A DNA stretch of 64,000 nucleotides from assembly GCF_009914755.1 (NCBI RefSeq), contig NC_060930.1. One strand, written 5' to 3'. Under the pieces are notes generated by a model that saw nothing but the letters and a program-made list of their open reading frames with translations, was not told the origin of the DNA and did no database searches. The stretch comes from the human T2T-CHM13v2.0 reference genome, Homo sapiens. The translations under genes and the position numbers were made by a program. This document shows positions 1 to 20,699 of this stretch, in pieces (position 1 is the stretch's first letter; each line of letters opens with the position of its first letter).

Positions 1-302
<302 letters not shown>

Positions 303-765
303 TAGCCTTTCATTTTATAAAGTGACCATATATATTAGCGTTGGAAACAAATGCTGTGCCTATAATTTTCTAGATTTTTTTCACTTCAGTTTCTACAACT
401 ATGACATTGTTACCGTGTTTATATATACCTTCCTTCAGAACAAAGGGTAAACAGTAATTCTGCACTTATGTTAAAAAAAGAACTGAGTTGAAAGCCTGAA
501 GATCTCGGTCCTAGGACCCAGCTAAGGTTGGAGGACTGTGTGAAAGTTACCCAAACATTCTCGGTCTTGGTTTCATTGCCTATGACATTAAAAGATTAGA
601 CTGGGTTCTCGCTAGGGACCTCTCTAATTCTAGGAGTCTGAAAAGCCTTCAGAGAGAGAATGTACTTTGGAAACAACTAACCAGGTGTATGTTTTTCGAA
701 GTGTTAATGATTGCTAGGTTGTGACACTGAAATCAGTAAAACACGAATCAAATATTTACACATAC

Positions 766-1223
766 CTTCCATGCAGTGTATTTTCCATCATGGGAAGGTA
801 TTGGGCAATGGAAAATTTCTCAAATACTTTTACTGGAAGAGACAAATTAGGCTCAGTTTTTTGTTACCATTATGTAAAGTTTGTAATAATGCTATGTGAA
901 ACCCTTTGTTTATTCATAGATGAAAATACCATGTCGAGAATTATTCAGCAAGTTGCTCTCAGACTAAGATGCTTATGACTTGCTTTAGAGTGTTTTCCTT
1001 TACATAAGATTTTACCTGAAAGACCAAGTCTATTGTTGTATTATTAACAATTATAATTCAAAATGTCAACAATGTTTCCATTAATTATAGGCATTGTTCC
1101 TTAAAGCTGGCCTAAAATGGAAGTCAGAAATCAGGGTTTGAAGGTAAAATGTCAAACCATTTTGGTTCTCTCAAAAGATTTTTTTTATGCCGTTTAACTG
1201 AATACTCCAATTCTGTCTATGAA
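766..1223 (-). pseudogene. Exon cluster (start 1223, end uncertain; 930-1015; 766-832 KVFEKFSIAQYLPMMENTLHG)
   Basis: Acceptors ggtctctcctag, ttggtctttcag and tttgtctcttccag; donors gtattt and AAG|gtatgt; 97-nt intron. Only one frame is open in 766-832. Confidence 0.5.
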
Positions 1224-1377
1224 CTAGGAGAGACCATATTAATGGTTTTCCATGCATTAATACAAAAAGCTTTGGAAAATACGCCACAAGCTTACATGTC
1301 TACTGAAGTATATTATAAATTAATTATTGTACTTTTTTGAATTTTAAATTTTCTGTTTAAATTTTCAATCTATTCAT

Positions 1378-2034
1378 TATAGGATCTCACTATGTTGACT
1401 AAGTTGGTCTTGAACTCCTGCCCTCAAGCAATCCTCCAACCTCCGCCTCCCAAAATGCTAGAATTAAAGGTGTGAGCCACCATACCCACCCCCGCCGCCC
1501 CCAACAAATCTATTCATTCTTTCAGGATGAAGTCTATATGTATATTGCCCATGTTTTGAAGTAGAACTTCCTTTCACTTATTCAGTAGTAATCTTTTTTA
1601 AGCTTTACTGGAGGCCTAGGCAGGCAGATCACTGGAGGTCAGGAGTTCGAGAACAGCCTGACCAACATGATGAAACCCTGTCTCTACTAAAAATACAAAA
1701 ATTAGCCAGGCGTGGTTGTGGGTTCCTGTAATTCCAGCTACTCAGGAGGCTGAGGAAGGAGAATCGCTTGAACCCAGGAGGTGCATCATGCCATTACACT
1801 CCAGCCTGGGTGACAAGAGCAAAACTCCATCTCAAAAAATAAAAATAAATTTTAAAAAGAACCTTTTCTGATCACCTAATAATGCTAAAGTTTCCTAGGA
1901 ATTTGATGACCAACTTCACGTGCTCCATGTCCACACCCTTCATTGTGCAACAAACTTTGCTCATATCTCCTTCTGGGCCTTTTCCACATCAAAATCCTAG
2001 TCTTTCAAATCTGCCTTAAATGGAAGATTTCATT

Positions 2035-2068
<34 letters not shown>

Positions 2069-2194
2069 TATTTTTAGTAGAGACGGAGTTTCAACATGCT
2101 GGCCAGCCTGGTCTCGAACTCCTGACCTCGTGATTCACCTGCCTCAGCCTCCCAAAGTCCTGGGATTACAGGCATGAGCCACCACACCCGGCCC
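1378..2194. mobile_element. Alu fragments: left arm (-) ~1378-1490, truncated Alu (+) ~1609-1850, left monomer (-) 2038-2194
   Basis: Alu consensus motifs. Confidence 0.9.
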
Positions 2195-3001
2195 CATTCC
2201 CTAGCTTTTATTACCCTTCTACTTCTGACCTTCATTCACTTATTTTTAGCTTTATTGTCTTCCTTGAGTGTGATGCCCAAAAACACACCACAGTTTTCTG
2301 AGTGAAAGATAACTGTGCTTTCTTTCATGAGTCTAATAACTTTCCTAACAGTAGCCAATATTTCACTTGTCTTGTACTAAATTAATACATTGAAAAACTA
2401 AAAGAAAATTTCTATCTTTGAATTTAAATTGACGTCCTTTACTCTTTTACCTTGAAATCATACTTTCTATCATTCATAACTGGATGCTGACCACTGCATT
2501 TGCCCATGCTGAATATTATTTGCCACTTCCTTGTTCATTTCTATTATTAGGAGGAATTTTCTTAGTTCCTTCCCTCCTACTATTACTTAAGTGAAAACTA
2601 TGTTTCCCAGAACAAACCAGCCCAGGGGAAAAAATAATAATCACAATGACAATCAGGCTTGCGGATTTTTCCTTTTCTGTCCCAGCATGCCCGGTGGAAA
2701 ACTGAACCTCCCAAAAATTAGGAGTGTGTTCTTCTGAATATACTTTTGGCTGTTCTCTTCTGTTCTAGTTCACTAAGGTGATGACTCCTGTTGCCCTTGA
2801 CACCCAAAACAGTAGCCAATAGACAACATCTACTGAGGAAGTCTCCCACATATCAAAATGTGTATAGTACCACAGGCATCAAAGTCTACACTGAATGTCT
2901 GGCATGAGGGGGCCAAGCGTCCCTCAGGAGGGCTTCTATCTTCTGTAGCTACTGGGGCCACTGCCATGCCATCTTGTATCGTAAATGTCTCTGCTGCTGG
3001 G

Positions 3002-3287
3002 TTTTTTGGGTTTTTTCCCCCAAGACGGAGTCTTACTCTGTCGCCCGGGCTGGAGTACAGTGGTGCAATCTCAGCTCACTGCAACCTCTGCCTCCCGGGC
3101 TCAAGCCTCCCGAGTAGCTGCGATTACAAGCATGCACCACCATACTGGGCTAATTTTTGTATTACTAGTAGAGATGGGGGTTTCACCGTGTTGGCCATGC
3201 TGGTCTCAAAATCCTGATCTCAAGTGATCCACCCACCTCAGCCTTCCACGGTGCTGGGATTACAGGCATAAGCCATCATGCCCAGCC
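3002..3287 (-). mobile_element. AluS
   Basis: Alu consensus; TSD-like tgtct(c/g)tgct. Confidence 0.93.
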
Positions 3288-4270
3288 TTGTCTGTGCTCT
3301 TTTGGTTTTCTCTTGTTCTCCATTTGTACTCCCTCATCCTGAGATTTAGTCCTGAATCCAAGGAGCCTGAGCTAAAGGATAATTTCTCCCTCAAATACTG
3401 GCTGACTGTCTTCAAACCAAGCCCTTGCACATCAACATTGTGAACTTTTTCTTCCCACATGACAAGTTATTTCCTGTGAACTTTCTTGTTTCCAGAATGT
3501 GTTCTACATTTACATGATCTAGTTTAATTCTGATGACCACCTCCAGAAGAGATATGCTGCAGTTTTACAGATGGAAAAACAAAGGCATCAAGAAATTACA
3601 TTAACTACTCTACATTGGACAGTTGGCAAAGGACAGATCCCAAATCAATCTGGTCTTCATACCCCACGGCCCTGAATTATAGCTTCTCTACTTTCTATTA
3701 ATTTGTATTCCAAATGTGTTGCTTCCTAAACATCATATTATACTGCATCAATGTCAGGAAACCAGAAGCTTGCTCTAAAAGACATGCCCAGACCTTTTTG
3801 AATTCTAGTATAAACACAGTTCTGGCTCCAACTCTAATTCTTATCATCTAAGTATGAACATAGATTCTGCATATACTAGTATAGTCCCCTGAGCTTCATT
3901 TTTTTTCTCCTGTATGCAATTGGCTAATAATTATTTTCTAGGGTGGGAAAGAATCTGGTACTACTAGGACTTTTCCTTCGTTTCTTCTGCAAGCTTCAGA
4001 ATTCTTTCTCTTCCAGGTCTTTTCCAAAAGTCATAAATAAGTGTTCTCTGATTCTCCGAGGCAAAGCCTGAACTCTCTTACTCTATAAACTTATCATCTT
4101 ATAAAAACTTCTCTCAACCCACATATCACACTGCTTTAGAATATTACAGGCCTGTCTTTCCCAGTGGACTGTGAAATACTTGAGAACAAGGATTGTATCT
4201 GATTCGGGTATCTGATACCTAGTGTCAGGAAATAATAAGAACTACTAGGAAAACCCATGACTAGTACTCA

Positions 4271-4537
<267 letters not shown>

Positions 4538-4587
4538 AAAACAAATATATTCCTAGATTTTGGTTTTTGTTCTCTAAGCCTTATTAC

Positions 4588-5603
4588 CTAAGAAGTTTAC
4601 TTCAAACTTTTCACTCACATGCCTCTAACAACCAAGGAGTGTTTCCAGAGTGTCACAAGGCCTACCTCTACAGCGTACTTGCCATAAGTTCAAATTTGAT
4701 ACCTTAATTATTTATCTCAATCTTGCTTCGTCTACATAATCCAATGTGTCCAAGATCATGGTAGATAGGATAAACCGGAACAGAATGCAGATAAATACAT
4801 TTCTTGTTTTAATAAATATGGATTTATGTTCAGGTGTGTCTTAGGAGAAAATATGACCAGTTGACCAAACTATTGATTTCATGGATATTTTTTCACAAAT
4901 AAGAATTATAAAGGGAAAACTTGAATAGCTAGATATTTGGAAAACATTACTGTAATGATTTCTTTCTCTTCTGATAGGAGAGACAGCATGAGTGGTAGAA
5001 ACACAGACTGAAGCTAGACACTTGAGTTTAAATTATGGATCCTCCACTGCTAGTTGTGTAACGTTGGCAAATATCTTAACCTCTCTGTATCTCTGTTTTC
5101 CCATCTTTCAGAGGGACATAAAAATTGTGCCTACCTCATAGAGTTGTTGTGAGGATTAAATGAGTGAATATATGTTAAGCATCTAGGATAGTACCTGACA
5201 TGTATAAAGAACTATCTAAGTATATGCTGATATTATTATCTTTATTCATTATTATTATTTAAAAGAATGTTTTATATTTATGGCAGAATACAACTGAGGC
5301 TCCAGTAAGGTGTGCCACAGAAATCTTGTCACCTCATTTTGTCTCATCTGCCACTCTTGTACATTGCTACATATATCTAGGAATGCTAAAATATTCGTAT
5401 TTGAGAAGCAAATTCCTATAGATTGTTATAAATACATATGATGTTCAAGTTCCTCTTTACTACAATATAAAAGTAATACTTTATTTATTTGCTTTTAATA
5501 CTTTATGGTCTTGCAAGGCCTTGTACGTTATGTGTGACTGCTGATTCTCTGTAAGAACTCTGGCATATTTATGAGGCATGATATTATTTGGGAAACCATG
5601 TTG
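4588..5603 (-). pseudogene. Three candidate exon remnants (5502-5603 QHGFPNNIMPHKYARVLTENQQSHITYKALQDHK; 5333-5415 ICFSNTNILAFLDICSNVQEWQMRQNE; 4588-4774 FILSTMILDTLDYVDEARLR*IIKVSNLNLWQVRCRGRPCDTLETLLGC*RHVSEKFEVNFL)
   Basis: cctgttttttcccag acceptor, an 86-nt intron, and donors gtatta, GAG|gtgaca and TAG|gtaata. The 4774 acceptor is decayed (ccgg). The first junction needs a frameshift. Confidence 0.45.
4980..5245. mobile_element. MIR
   Basis: MIR core ggcaaatatcttaacctctctgtatctctgttttcccatct...gttgttgtgaggattaaatgag. Confidence 0.85.
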
Positions 5604-6590
5604 CTGGGAAAAAACAGGTCATGCTTGTAGGTACTCAACCAAACTAGGCTTTGATGTAGAGTCTTTAATTGTGTAAATAGCACAATTTAGTTAATGACAT
5701 ATGTGTTGAAAACCTGAAATTTAATAGTGCTTTGTAGTATAACAAAGTGTTTTGAATATATCATCTAATTTAATACTTGAACAAACCTGATGTATCAATT
5801 TTGCAGACGAGAAAACTTTGTCTCAGAACTATTAGTAAGGGACCAACAAACACTAAGCCAAAAATGGACAGTACCGAATTTCCAATAAGAGTGTGCCCTT
5901 ATCTTATCTTTTACAGATAAATGGTAATTTGAATTTCCTTCAAAATAATCTAGTTAGGGAAGGGAGCATAAATGAAAAAAAATTGACAATGAACCGATCA
6001 TTACTGAAGCTGGATTATGGATATTTGTGTTCCATTTTTCTATTCTTTCTACTTTAGTCCATTTTTGAAACTTTCCCTAATTAAAAAAAAAAATAAGTTT
6101 AAAGAAAAAATGTGAGACTATGAATCTTGGCTGTGTTCTTTATCATCTGTCATTGGGCAGGACTGTGCCCAGTTTCCTCATCTATAAAATGGTAATAACA
6201 ATCCCTCCCTCTTAGGGAAGTTGTGAGAATTAGATGACCTATTGCATGTAACTGTTGCATGCAGCAATTGCATGGAGTATTTTTCTGATTCTCAGTTGTT
6301 TGCTTTCTCTATTACAGGCTAATATCTATTTTGAATATAATATTAATCAACTCATTCATTCCTTCAATAAATAATGTGCAAGTCATGTTCTAAGCATTGA
6401 CAGTACAGAGACAAACCAAATAAATAAAGTACCTAGCCTCACTTAGCTTAAAATCTAGTATGGAAAAAATATATATATATATATGTATATAATGTATTAA
6501 ATATTAATGGAGAAAAATATGTCAGGTTAGAAGTAATGAAGAGAAATTAAAAGAGGACATTTAATTTATATAGGATGATCAGAGAAGTGT

Positions 6591-7682
<1,092 letters not shown>

Positions 7683-7919
7683 GATAAACCTCTTTCATAA
7701 AGTTATATTGATTAGTAAACTGAAAAAGAGACTCAAAGGAGAGAGTGAATTTGTGGATATTCTGGAGAAGAAGAGATTCTGTTCCACCCAGAAGAAACAG
7801 CAAGCAGCAAGCACTCTGGCCAGTGTGGCTGGAAACAAGTGAAAAATGAGAAATGATTTGGGTCACAAGCTAGATCATATTGTGCCTATGAATCATTATC
7901 GGGATTGCCTTGTTTGTTT

Positions 7920-9080
<1,161 letters not shown>

Positions 9081-9337
9081 TAAAAGATAAGAATTTGTAC
9101 GTATCAGGAATTCATTTGAATTGTTCTTTATTTCTTTGTAATCTGTTTCTTCCCTACAAAGACTTTGAGGCAGTAAACAATAAAAAAGAAAGTAAGTTAA
9201 TAAAAGTGAAATACAAAAAAAAAATCTGAGTCACAGAAGACTAAAAATATGGTAACTATAAGATCAACATGGTTACTATAAACTTCACGTTTGCCTCTGA
9301 GTTTCCTAGAACTCAGAGCAAAAATAAAACACAATCA

Positions 9338-10034
9338 GTGTATTTGCTAGTGCTGCAATAACAAAATACCACAGTCTGGGTGGCTTAAAAAAACAGATGT
9401 ATTTTCTCACAGTTCTAGGGGCCAGAATTTCAAGATCAAGGTGTCACCAGGTTTGGTTTCTCCTAAGGCCTGTCTCCTTGGCTTACCAATGGGGCACCTT
9501 CTCCCTGTGACTGCACATGGACGTTTCTCTGTGTGAACAAGCCTGGTGTCTCTTCCTCTTCTTATAAGGACAGCAGGATACCAGTCCTATTGGATTAGGA
9601 CTCTAACCCTGTGGTCTCATTTAATCTTTTTGTTTGTTTGTTTTTGAGACGGAGTCTCACTCTGTTGCCCAGGCTGCAGTGCGGTGGCGTGATCTCGGCT
9701 CACTGCAACCTCAGCCTCCCGGGTTCAAGTGATCCTCCTGCCTCAGACCCCTGAGTAGCTGGGATTACAGGAACGCATCACCATGCCCAGCTAATTTTTG
9801 TATTTTTAGTAGAAATGGCGTCTCACCATGTTGGCCAACCTGGTTTCAAACTCCTGACCTCAAATGATCCACCCGCCTCAGCCTCACTAAGTGCTGAAAT
9901 TACAGACGTGAGGCACCGGGCCCGGTCTTAATTATCTCTTTAATTATCTCTTAATTATCTCCAAATATATTCACATTGGAAGTTAAGAATTCAATACATG
10001 ACTTTTTTGAGAAGACAAAATTCAGTCTGTAACA
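9338..10034. mobile_element. MLT1 (MaLR) LTR with an Alu inserted at ~9627-9926
   Basis: ctgcaataacaaaataccacagtctgggtggcttaa...ttcagtctgtaaca. Confidence 0.88.
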
Positions 10035-10059
10035 ATCAGTGATACTGTTATTTACTTAT

Positions 10060-10980
<921 letters not shown>

Positions 10981-11046
10981 TCCTTTATTTTTTAATTCTA
11001 AAAAATATCCTGAAGTAGGACCATATTTTATACATGTTATATTTAC

Positions 11047-11310
11047 CCTCGTTAAGTCACTGCTATTATAGGATGTTTGCTTTGCCCCAATAGTACTTTT
11101 AATGAATTTATTACATGTACATATGGGTCCAGAAGGAATGTTCCTGAGCTGAGCCCAGGAGCCAGAAACTTGGTATGCTTCAATCTACTATCTTCAGAAG
11201 TGCAAATGTTCTCTGTAAGAAATAAAGGCTGCTGTTTTTCTATTTTGATTGCTTCTTTATGCTTTGATGCTGAGGAGTAATCAGGCAGGAAATGTTCTGC
11301 ATAATCCTTT
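11047..11310 (-). pseudogene. Exon remnant: [85 protein letters not shown]
   Basis: tctgacttggcttttag|...GAGG|gtaaat, 264 nt. Coincides with non-repeat ORF 11052-11321; 85 open codons. Confidence 0.55.
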
Positions 11311-11654
11311 CTAAAAGCCAAGTCAGATATTGGAAGGCAATGCTGTAAGCATCACCATTAAAAATTAAAGTAAAGATCAAAGGCCTAGAAAAATGTCAGT
11401 GGACCAGGACCACCAATATTCAAGACATGGTGGGGTGGGGAGTTAAAAGATATTTTAAGAAGATTGCCTATTGAAAATATGACTTAATTATAGTGATAAA
11501 AATTTTTGTAAGATCAAACAGAATTATTGCTTTTGTTGGAATTTATCATACTGGAAAATGTAAAAGTTAACTTAGGGCTCTGATTACACAGTATTTCCTT
11601 ATATTTGATTTCCAAGCATAAAACAATACTGAAAAAAAAATTTAAGTTGCATTT

Positions 11655-13616
<1,962 letters not shown>

Positions 13617-13664
13617 TCAGTAGACCAATATAATGGAATGAAGATTTACATTCATTTTACTACC

Positions 13665-13925
13665 TGCTATAGATTGAATTATGGCCTCCCAAAATTCATA
13701 TGTTGAAGCCCTAACCCCCAGTGCAATGGTATTTGGAGTTGGGCATCTGGGGGGTAATTAAGGTGAGATGAGGTCATGAGGGTGGGGACCCTCAGGATGG
13801 GATTAGTGCCGTTACAATAAGACAAAAAGAGATCGAAATCACATTCTCTCTCTACCATGTGAGGATCCAGCAAGAAGGTGGCTGTCTACAAGCAGGAAGA
13901 GAGCCCTCACCAGAAATCTCACTTC
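13665..13925. mobile_element. MLT1A/B-type LTR fragment
   Basis: tgctatagattgaattatggcctcccaaaattcatatgttgaagccctaaccccc. Confidence 0.85.
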
Positions 13926-14594
13926 TGTTTTATCCAGGATTATTTTCTTTTTTTCTCTCTAATCCTCACCCTAACTTTATTTCTTGCCTCTGCAGCTACA
14001 GATTTAGCAATCTTTCTGATTTGCCTCCTTGTAATTTGTATCTTTAAATTCCTTTGTGCTTTTTGATAGTGCACACACTTGCTGATTCTTGTGTCTAATG
14101 AGAAGGCGTATTTTATTTCCCTGCCCAAAGCATCCCCATCCCAAACTCTGGCCCTTCAGCCTACATTTGGTTGAATCGGGACTGGTCCTGTCTTGGTTGA
14201 AAGTTTATTCAAAATTAGAAATGGGGGTAGAAGTGGGTAAAGAAATGTTATCAAGATTCCGAAATTCCTTTAAAGGTGGAGAAATAGCAAGATAAATAAA
14301 TAAATGAAGATTCTGAGGTTCTTCAAGACAAAGTGGACTGGATTTTAGTGATTCTTGAAGTGCTTCAACATTGAGTGCCTAGGAAAAGCACTCAAAAGCC
14401 ACTCTCATGTATGAACGGAATCTACTATCTCTATGAGCTCCCCAGAGAGAGTCAATCTCTGGAATAGCTGGGCTTTCTGATGCTAGTGCAATACTACATA
14501 GATATCTACAACCACTGTTTTGGGACAATCCTCTTATTCCACCAAACACTGAAGGCAGAAAGACAGCCCCCTCCTTAAAAATTATGCCCAATTC

Positions 14595-16840
<2,246 letters not shown>

Positions 16841-16870
16841 GGAAAGAAAATGAGAAAATGAAAGGTTGAC

Positions 16871-17656
16871 TTCCCCACAGATTTTGTGCAAAATGAGACA
16901 ATGAATATTTCTTTGTGGAAATAATAATTATTCCTACAAGTTTAATATGCAAACGAAATGTGTCTCCATTGTAGACGTTCAACTAAAAACATTGTTATAA
17001 AACAAACCACTGTAAGAACAATGACCTCTATAAGGACAAAACAAGTGTAAGAACTGAGGTATCAAAAAGGATTTGTTTTAGGATGCAGAAATGCTGCTAT
17101 AAAATGCATTTACAAACTTACTGTCTTCATTCATATACCTCATCATATACTTCATAGTCCCCATACCCTAACACCCCATGCCAACCCCATTGGCATGCTG
17201 TTGCAGTGACTTTTGGGTTTGCAACTTCTGCTTTAAATGAATAGATCTGCCAAAAAAAAAAAAAAAAAAAAGACACCCAATTGCCCTCTATTACCACCCA
17301 TAGAGACCCAACATACTTGACATCCAAAGATATCATACCAACCCAACATGGTATGTTTCTGGTTAATAGTTATTACAAATCCTGGGGAAGTGATATGTGT
17401 GTACTTTGAGATGATTAATAAAATTCAGTGACCTAATGGTGAAACAAAGAATGAGGCATTTATACAATTGAATATTTCAAACAGGTTGGTATAAATTTTG
17501 TCTCTTATCCTAGGCCATTAAAGAGGTATTCGAAATAAGGCTTGAAATATGCTTCAAACTTCATATAGAGTATGCCAGATAGTGGGCAGGGACTGACTGA
17601 TATACCAAAAACACGTTTCTAATATCTGGGCTAATAGTAGTTAACAACCCCAAGCA
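16871..17656 (-). pseudogene. Four-exon cluster (17510-17656; 17317-17381; 17122-17246; ~16871-16982): ...KRVFGISVSPCPLSGILYMKFEAYFKPYFEYLFNGL|GFVITINQKHTMLGWYDIFGCQ|IYSFKAEVANPKVTATACQWGWHGVLGYGDYEVYDEVYE*
   Basis: Acceptors cttcttcttttttaaacttag, cacttccccag, poly-T-ggcag and atgtttttag. Donors gataag (decayed), gtatgt and gtaagt. Introns of 128, 70 and 139 nt. 97 stop-free codons across two junctions. Confidence 0.65.
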
Positions 17657-18003
17657 CTAAGTTTAAAAAAGAAGAAGCAGCACATCAACAACAACTGTTG
17701 TTGCTAAAGTAAGAAAATGTTTTGGGCAGATCAGAATTTAGTCACACACCAGTTTTGATGCCAGCAGGTCATGCTCAGAACAGTCTGCCCTGGAACCTAC
17801 TGGGACTGCTGAAATTCTGGCAGGCCCAAGGAGTGCTAAAATCAAAGGCAGCCCTTCAGAGGAAGAGGGAAAAGGCAGGGTGTCTAGTAGCAAAGTTCAA
17901 GCAGGCAGAGTACTGACCCCTTCTGTCTAATGTCATTCAGATCAAGAGCCGAGTGGAGATAAAGGACATTATTATGTAGATTTTTTGTTTTATTTTGGTT
18001 TGG

Positions 18004-18034
<31 letters not shown>

Positions 18035-18266
18035 TGGTTTTTTTTACTGATAGATGTAATGAAGCCATAAGAGAGAGGCTTAAGGAGATTCTTCACTAAG
18101 CAACAAAATCATTAAAAGTTCACCTTGGTGAGATAGTGCTACCTCATAATTACATGACTTGTTTATTGCAAGTTTTCAGATTGTGTTCTCCTATCCTTGC
18201 AAATCTAACAACCTCAGCATACAAAGCTTGATGTGACAGAAGTTAGAGCAGTTGAAAAAACCAGGA

Positions 18267-18825
18267 CTGTTCGATTAACTCTTGTGGCATAACAAATTAC
18301 CCCAAAATTTAATAGCTTAAAACAACCATTTCATTTTGCTTACAATGTGAGGTGTTAGTAGTTCAGGAAGAGCTCAATTGAGCAATTCTCTTTAGAGTTC
18401 CCCCTACAGTTGCAGTTAGATATTGGCTGGAACTGCGATCATTTGAAGGCTCAGCTGGACTGGATGTCAAAGATACAAGGCAGTCGGTGCTGGCTTTCAG
18501 CTGGGAGCTCAACTGGAGCTATTAACTCAAGCACCTACATGCTGTTTCTCCATGTGGCTGGGTCTTCTCACTCAGCAGCTGCTAGACTCCAAAACATAGT
18601 ATCTCAAGAGGGGAGAGTCTAAAGAGCACAGGAAGCAAACATTCTAAGAGACCAAGAATAAGCTGCAAGGAGACCCAGCCTTGGAAGTCACTCAGTGATA
18701 TTGGCACTGAACTTTATTCATCAAGGAAATCGCTATGACTAGCCTAGATTCAATGAAGAGAAATTAGATCCAATCGTCTAGGAAAGAAGTCTTATAAAAT
18801 TTGCCATTGTTTTTAATTCATCATA
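18267..18825. mobile_element. Old MLT1 LTR
   Basis: gcataacaaattaccccaaaatttaatagcttaaaacaacc...cagccttggaagtcac. Confidence 0.8.
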
Positions 18826-19539
18826 AACACTTTTTCATCATTCTGCTGCTTCTACCTTTCTTATGTTACTCTTCCCATCTAAATTTGGAAATAAGCATCC
18901 TTTACTCTGAAGCTATGGCTTTTAATTGAAACCCTTCCTAGTAGTCAAGCCTAGACAGATGGAAAATAAGTTCTCTTTTTAAATTTGTTTCTAACATTTG
19001 CTCTACTGTTTTTCTGATACCAAAACTGTTGGAAGCAGCATTTCTCATCACAGTTTGTGATAGGAATGCCATTTTAGAGTTAAAATTTAATATACAGAAT
19101 TTCAGTTAATCTTCCTTGAAGAAATAATACAAAACAAACTTTCATAAGCTTAAAAGTCAGAAAAGACAGACAATAGATTTTGCTTTGTTACATGCTGTTC
19201 TAGAACAGTTAGTTTTATGTCATCCATTCTTAGTTAATTATAAATTACCTTTATAAAATAAAACTCATAATATCACATTTAATCATTCTTCTTTTGTTCT
19301 ATGTAAAAACATGTATCTGATCTCTTAAACTTTACAAAGTAAAAGGATGTTCTTATATTTCCCAAAATGATGAAATTGCTGTATCTTCTTTTCTCGTGGC
19401 TAATAAAGCATTTAAAGTTCACATATCCAAATCAGATCGTTTATTGAAAGGAAATAGGGTTTAACATAGAAATGGAGAGTTTCTTTGAAATATGCCATGG
19501 GGGTCTCGTCCTAGTCTACGAAGCTTCAAAAATGTTTTT

Positions 19540-19622
19540 CGTCACATAAATCACGTAAGATCCAGTTTTGGTTTTCATCCTTTTTTTTTTTCTTTTTCTT
19601 TTTCTTCTTCTTCTTCTTTTTT

Positions 19623-19653
<31 letters not shown>

Positions 19654-19779
19654 GTAGAGATGGGGTCTCACTCTGTTGGCCAGACTAGTCTCAAACTCCT
19701 GGCCTCAAGAAATCCTCCTTCCTTGGCCTTTCAAAGTGCTGGGATTACAGATTACAGGTATGAGTCATCACACCCAGCC
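19540..19779 (-). mobile_element. FLAM-type free left Alu monomer with a long T/C tail
   Basis: Monomer; TSD ttcatcc(c)tttt on both sides. Confidence 0.88.
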
Positions 19780-20199
19780 TTCATCCCTTTTTGTTTGCAG
19801 AGGAGGAGGGTAATGTTTTCTAGAATCCAACAGTGGCTGTTTCTTTGGTTTCATCAATAAAATTTTCCTTTCTCTGTGATACTGTCATATTCCTCCTCCT
19901 CCCCCTACTCATCTTCTTCTTTTTCTCCTCATCCTCCTCCTACTTCTCATATTCTTTTTCCTTCTTTAGTATTCTGTATTCTTGAACTGAACTTATATCA
20001 AGGGAAAAAACAAAATAAAAGAAGAATAACTGAACATAAAGTTTTATATATCTTATACTGTAAAGATTTATGGAGTCAAATACATAGCTATTCACTGAAC
20101 CTACCTAAATTTGAAGAGTTCCAGTTTAGTTGACTGTCTAATTTAAGTTAAACCAAAAAGGCTATTAGAGCAAAGAGGGAGGATTTTAAGAGGTTAGTA

Positions 20200-20375
20200 A
20201 ATTATTAAGCCAAAAAATGTTTAAAATGTATAAATGGGTAATAGACAAATCCACAGTGACAGAAAGTACGTTAGTGGTTGCCAAGGACTGGGGGAAGCAC
20301 AGTGCGGAGTGACTGCTAATGGATACATGGTTTCTTTTTGGGGGTGATGAAAATGTTCTGGTAACTAAGTACAAC
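20200..20375 (+). mobile_element. L1M 3' end fragment
   Basis: acagaaagtacgttagtggttgccaagg...ggggtgatgaaaatgttctgg. Confidence 0.8.
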
Positions 20376-20699
20376 TCTTCATGTATTGCTTTCCCTAATA
20401 CTCCTGTGGGCCCTAGGACGTTCTGAAAAAAAAAAATCTAAATTTCCATCATCCACCCTAAATAAGTTGAGTTACATCACCCAGGTGGGGTTGTGAGAGG
20501 TAAGCTGAAAAGAAGTATTCTGAGGAACAAAGAGCCAAAAATAATCCCTAGCTGAAAATGCTGCCTCACCACCCCCATGTACGGCTCATTCTAATCATAT
20601 AGACGATCATCAGTTCATCCTACTCTAAAGATTCAAGAATTTAAACTTATTTCCTCAAAGAAAACTGCAAATATCAAAGACAAGCTTGAGTAAATAATT

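Noticed and set aside
1870-2580. Possible CR1/L3 remnant
   Set aside because: Only a faint resemblance; cannot be supported without a consensus alignment.
9928-9965. Triplicated ttaattatctc motif (similar micro-duplications at 13010-13030, 19741-19758, 37044-37071)
   Set aside because: Ordinary slippage duplications within or next to repeats.
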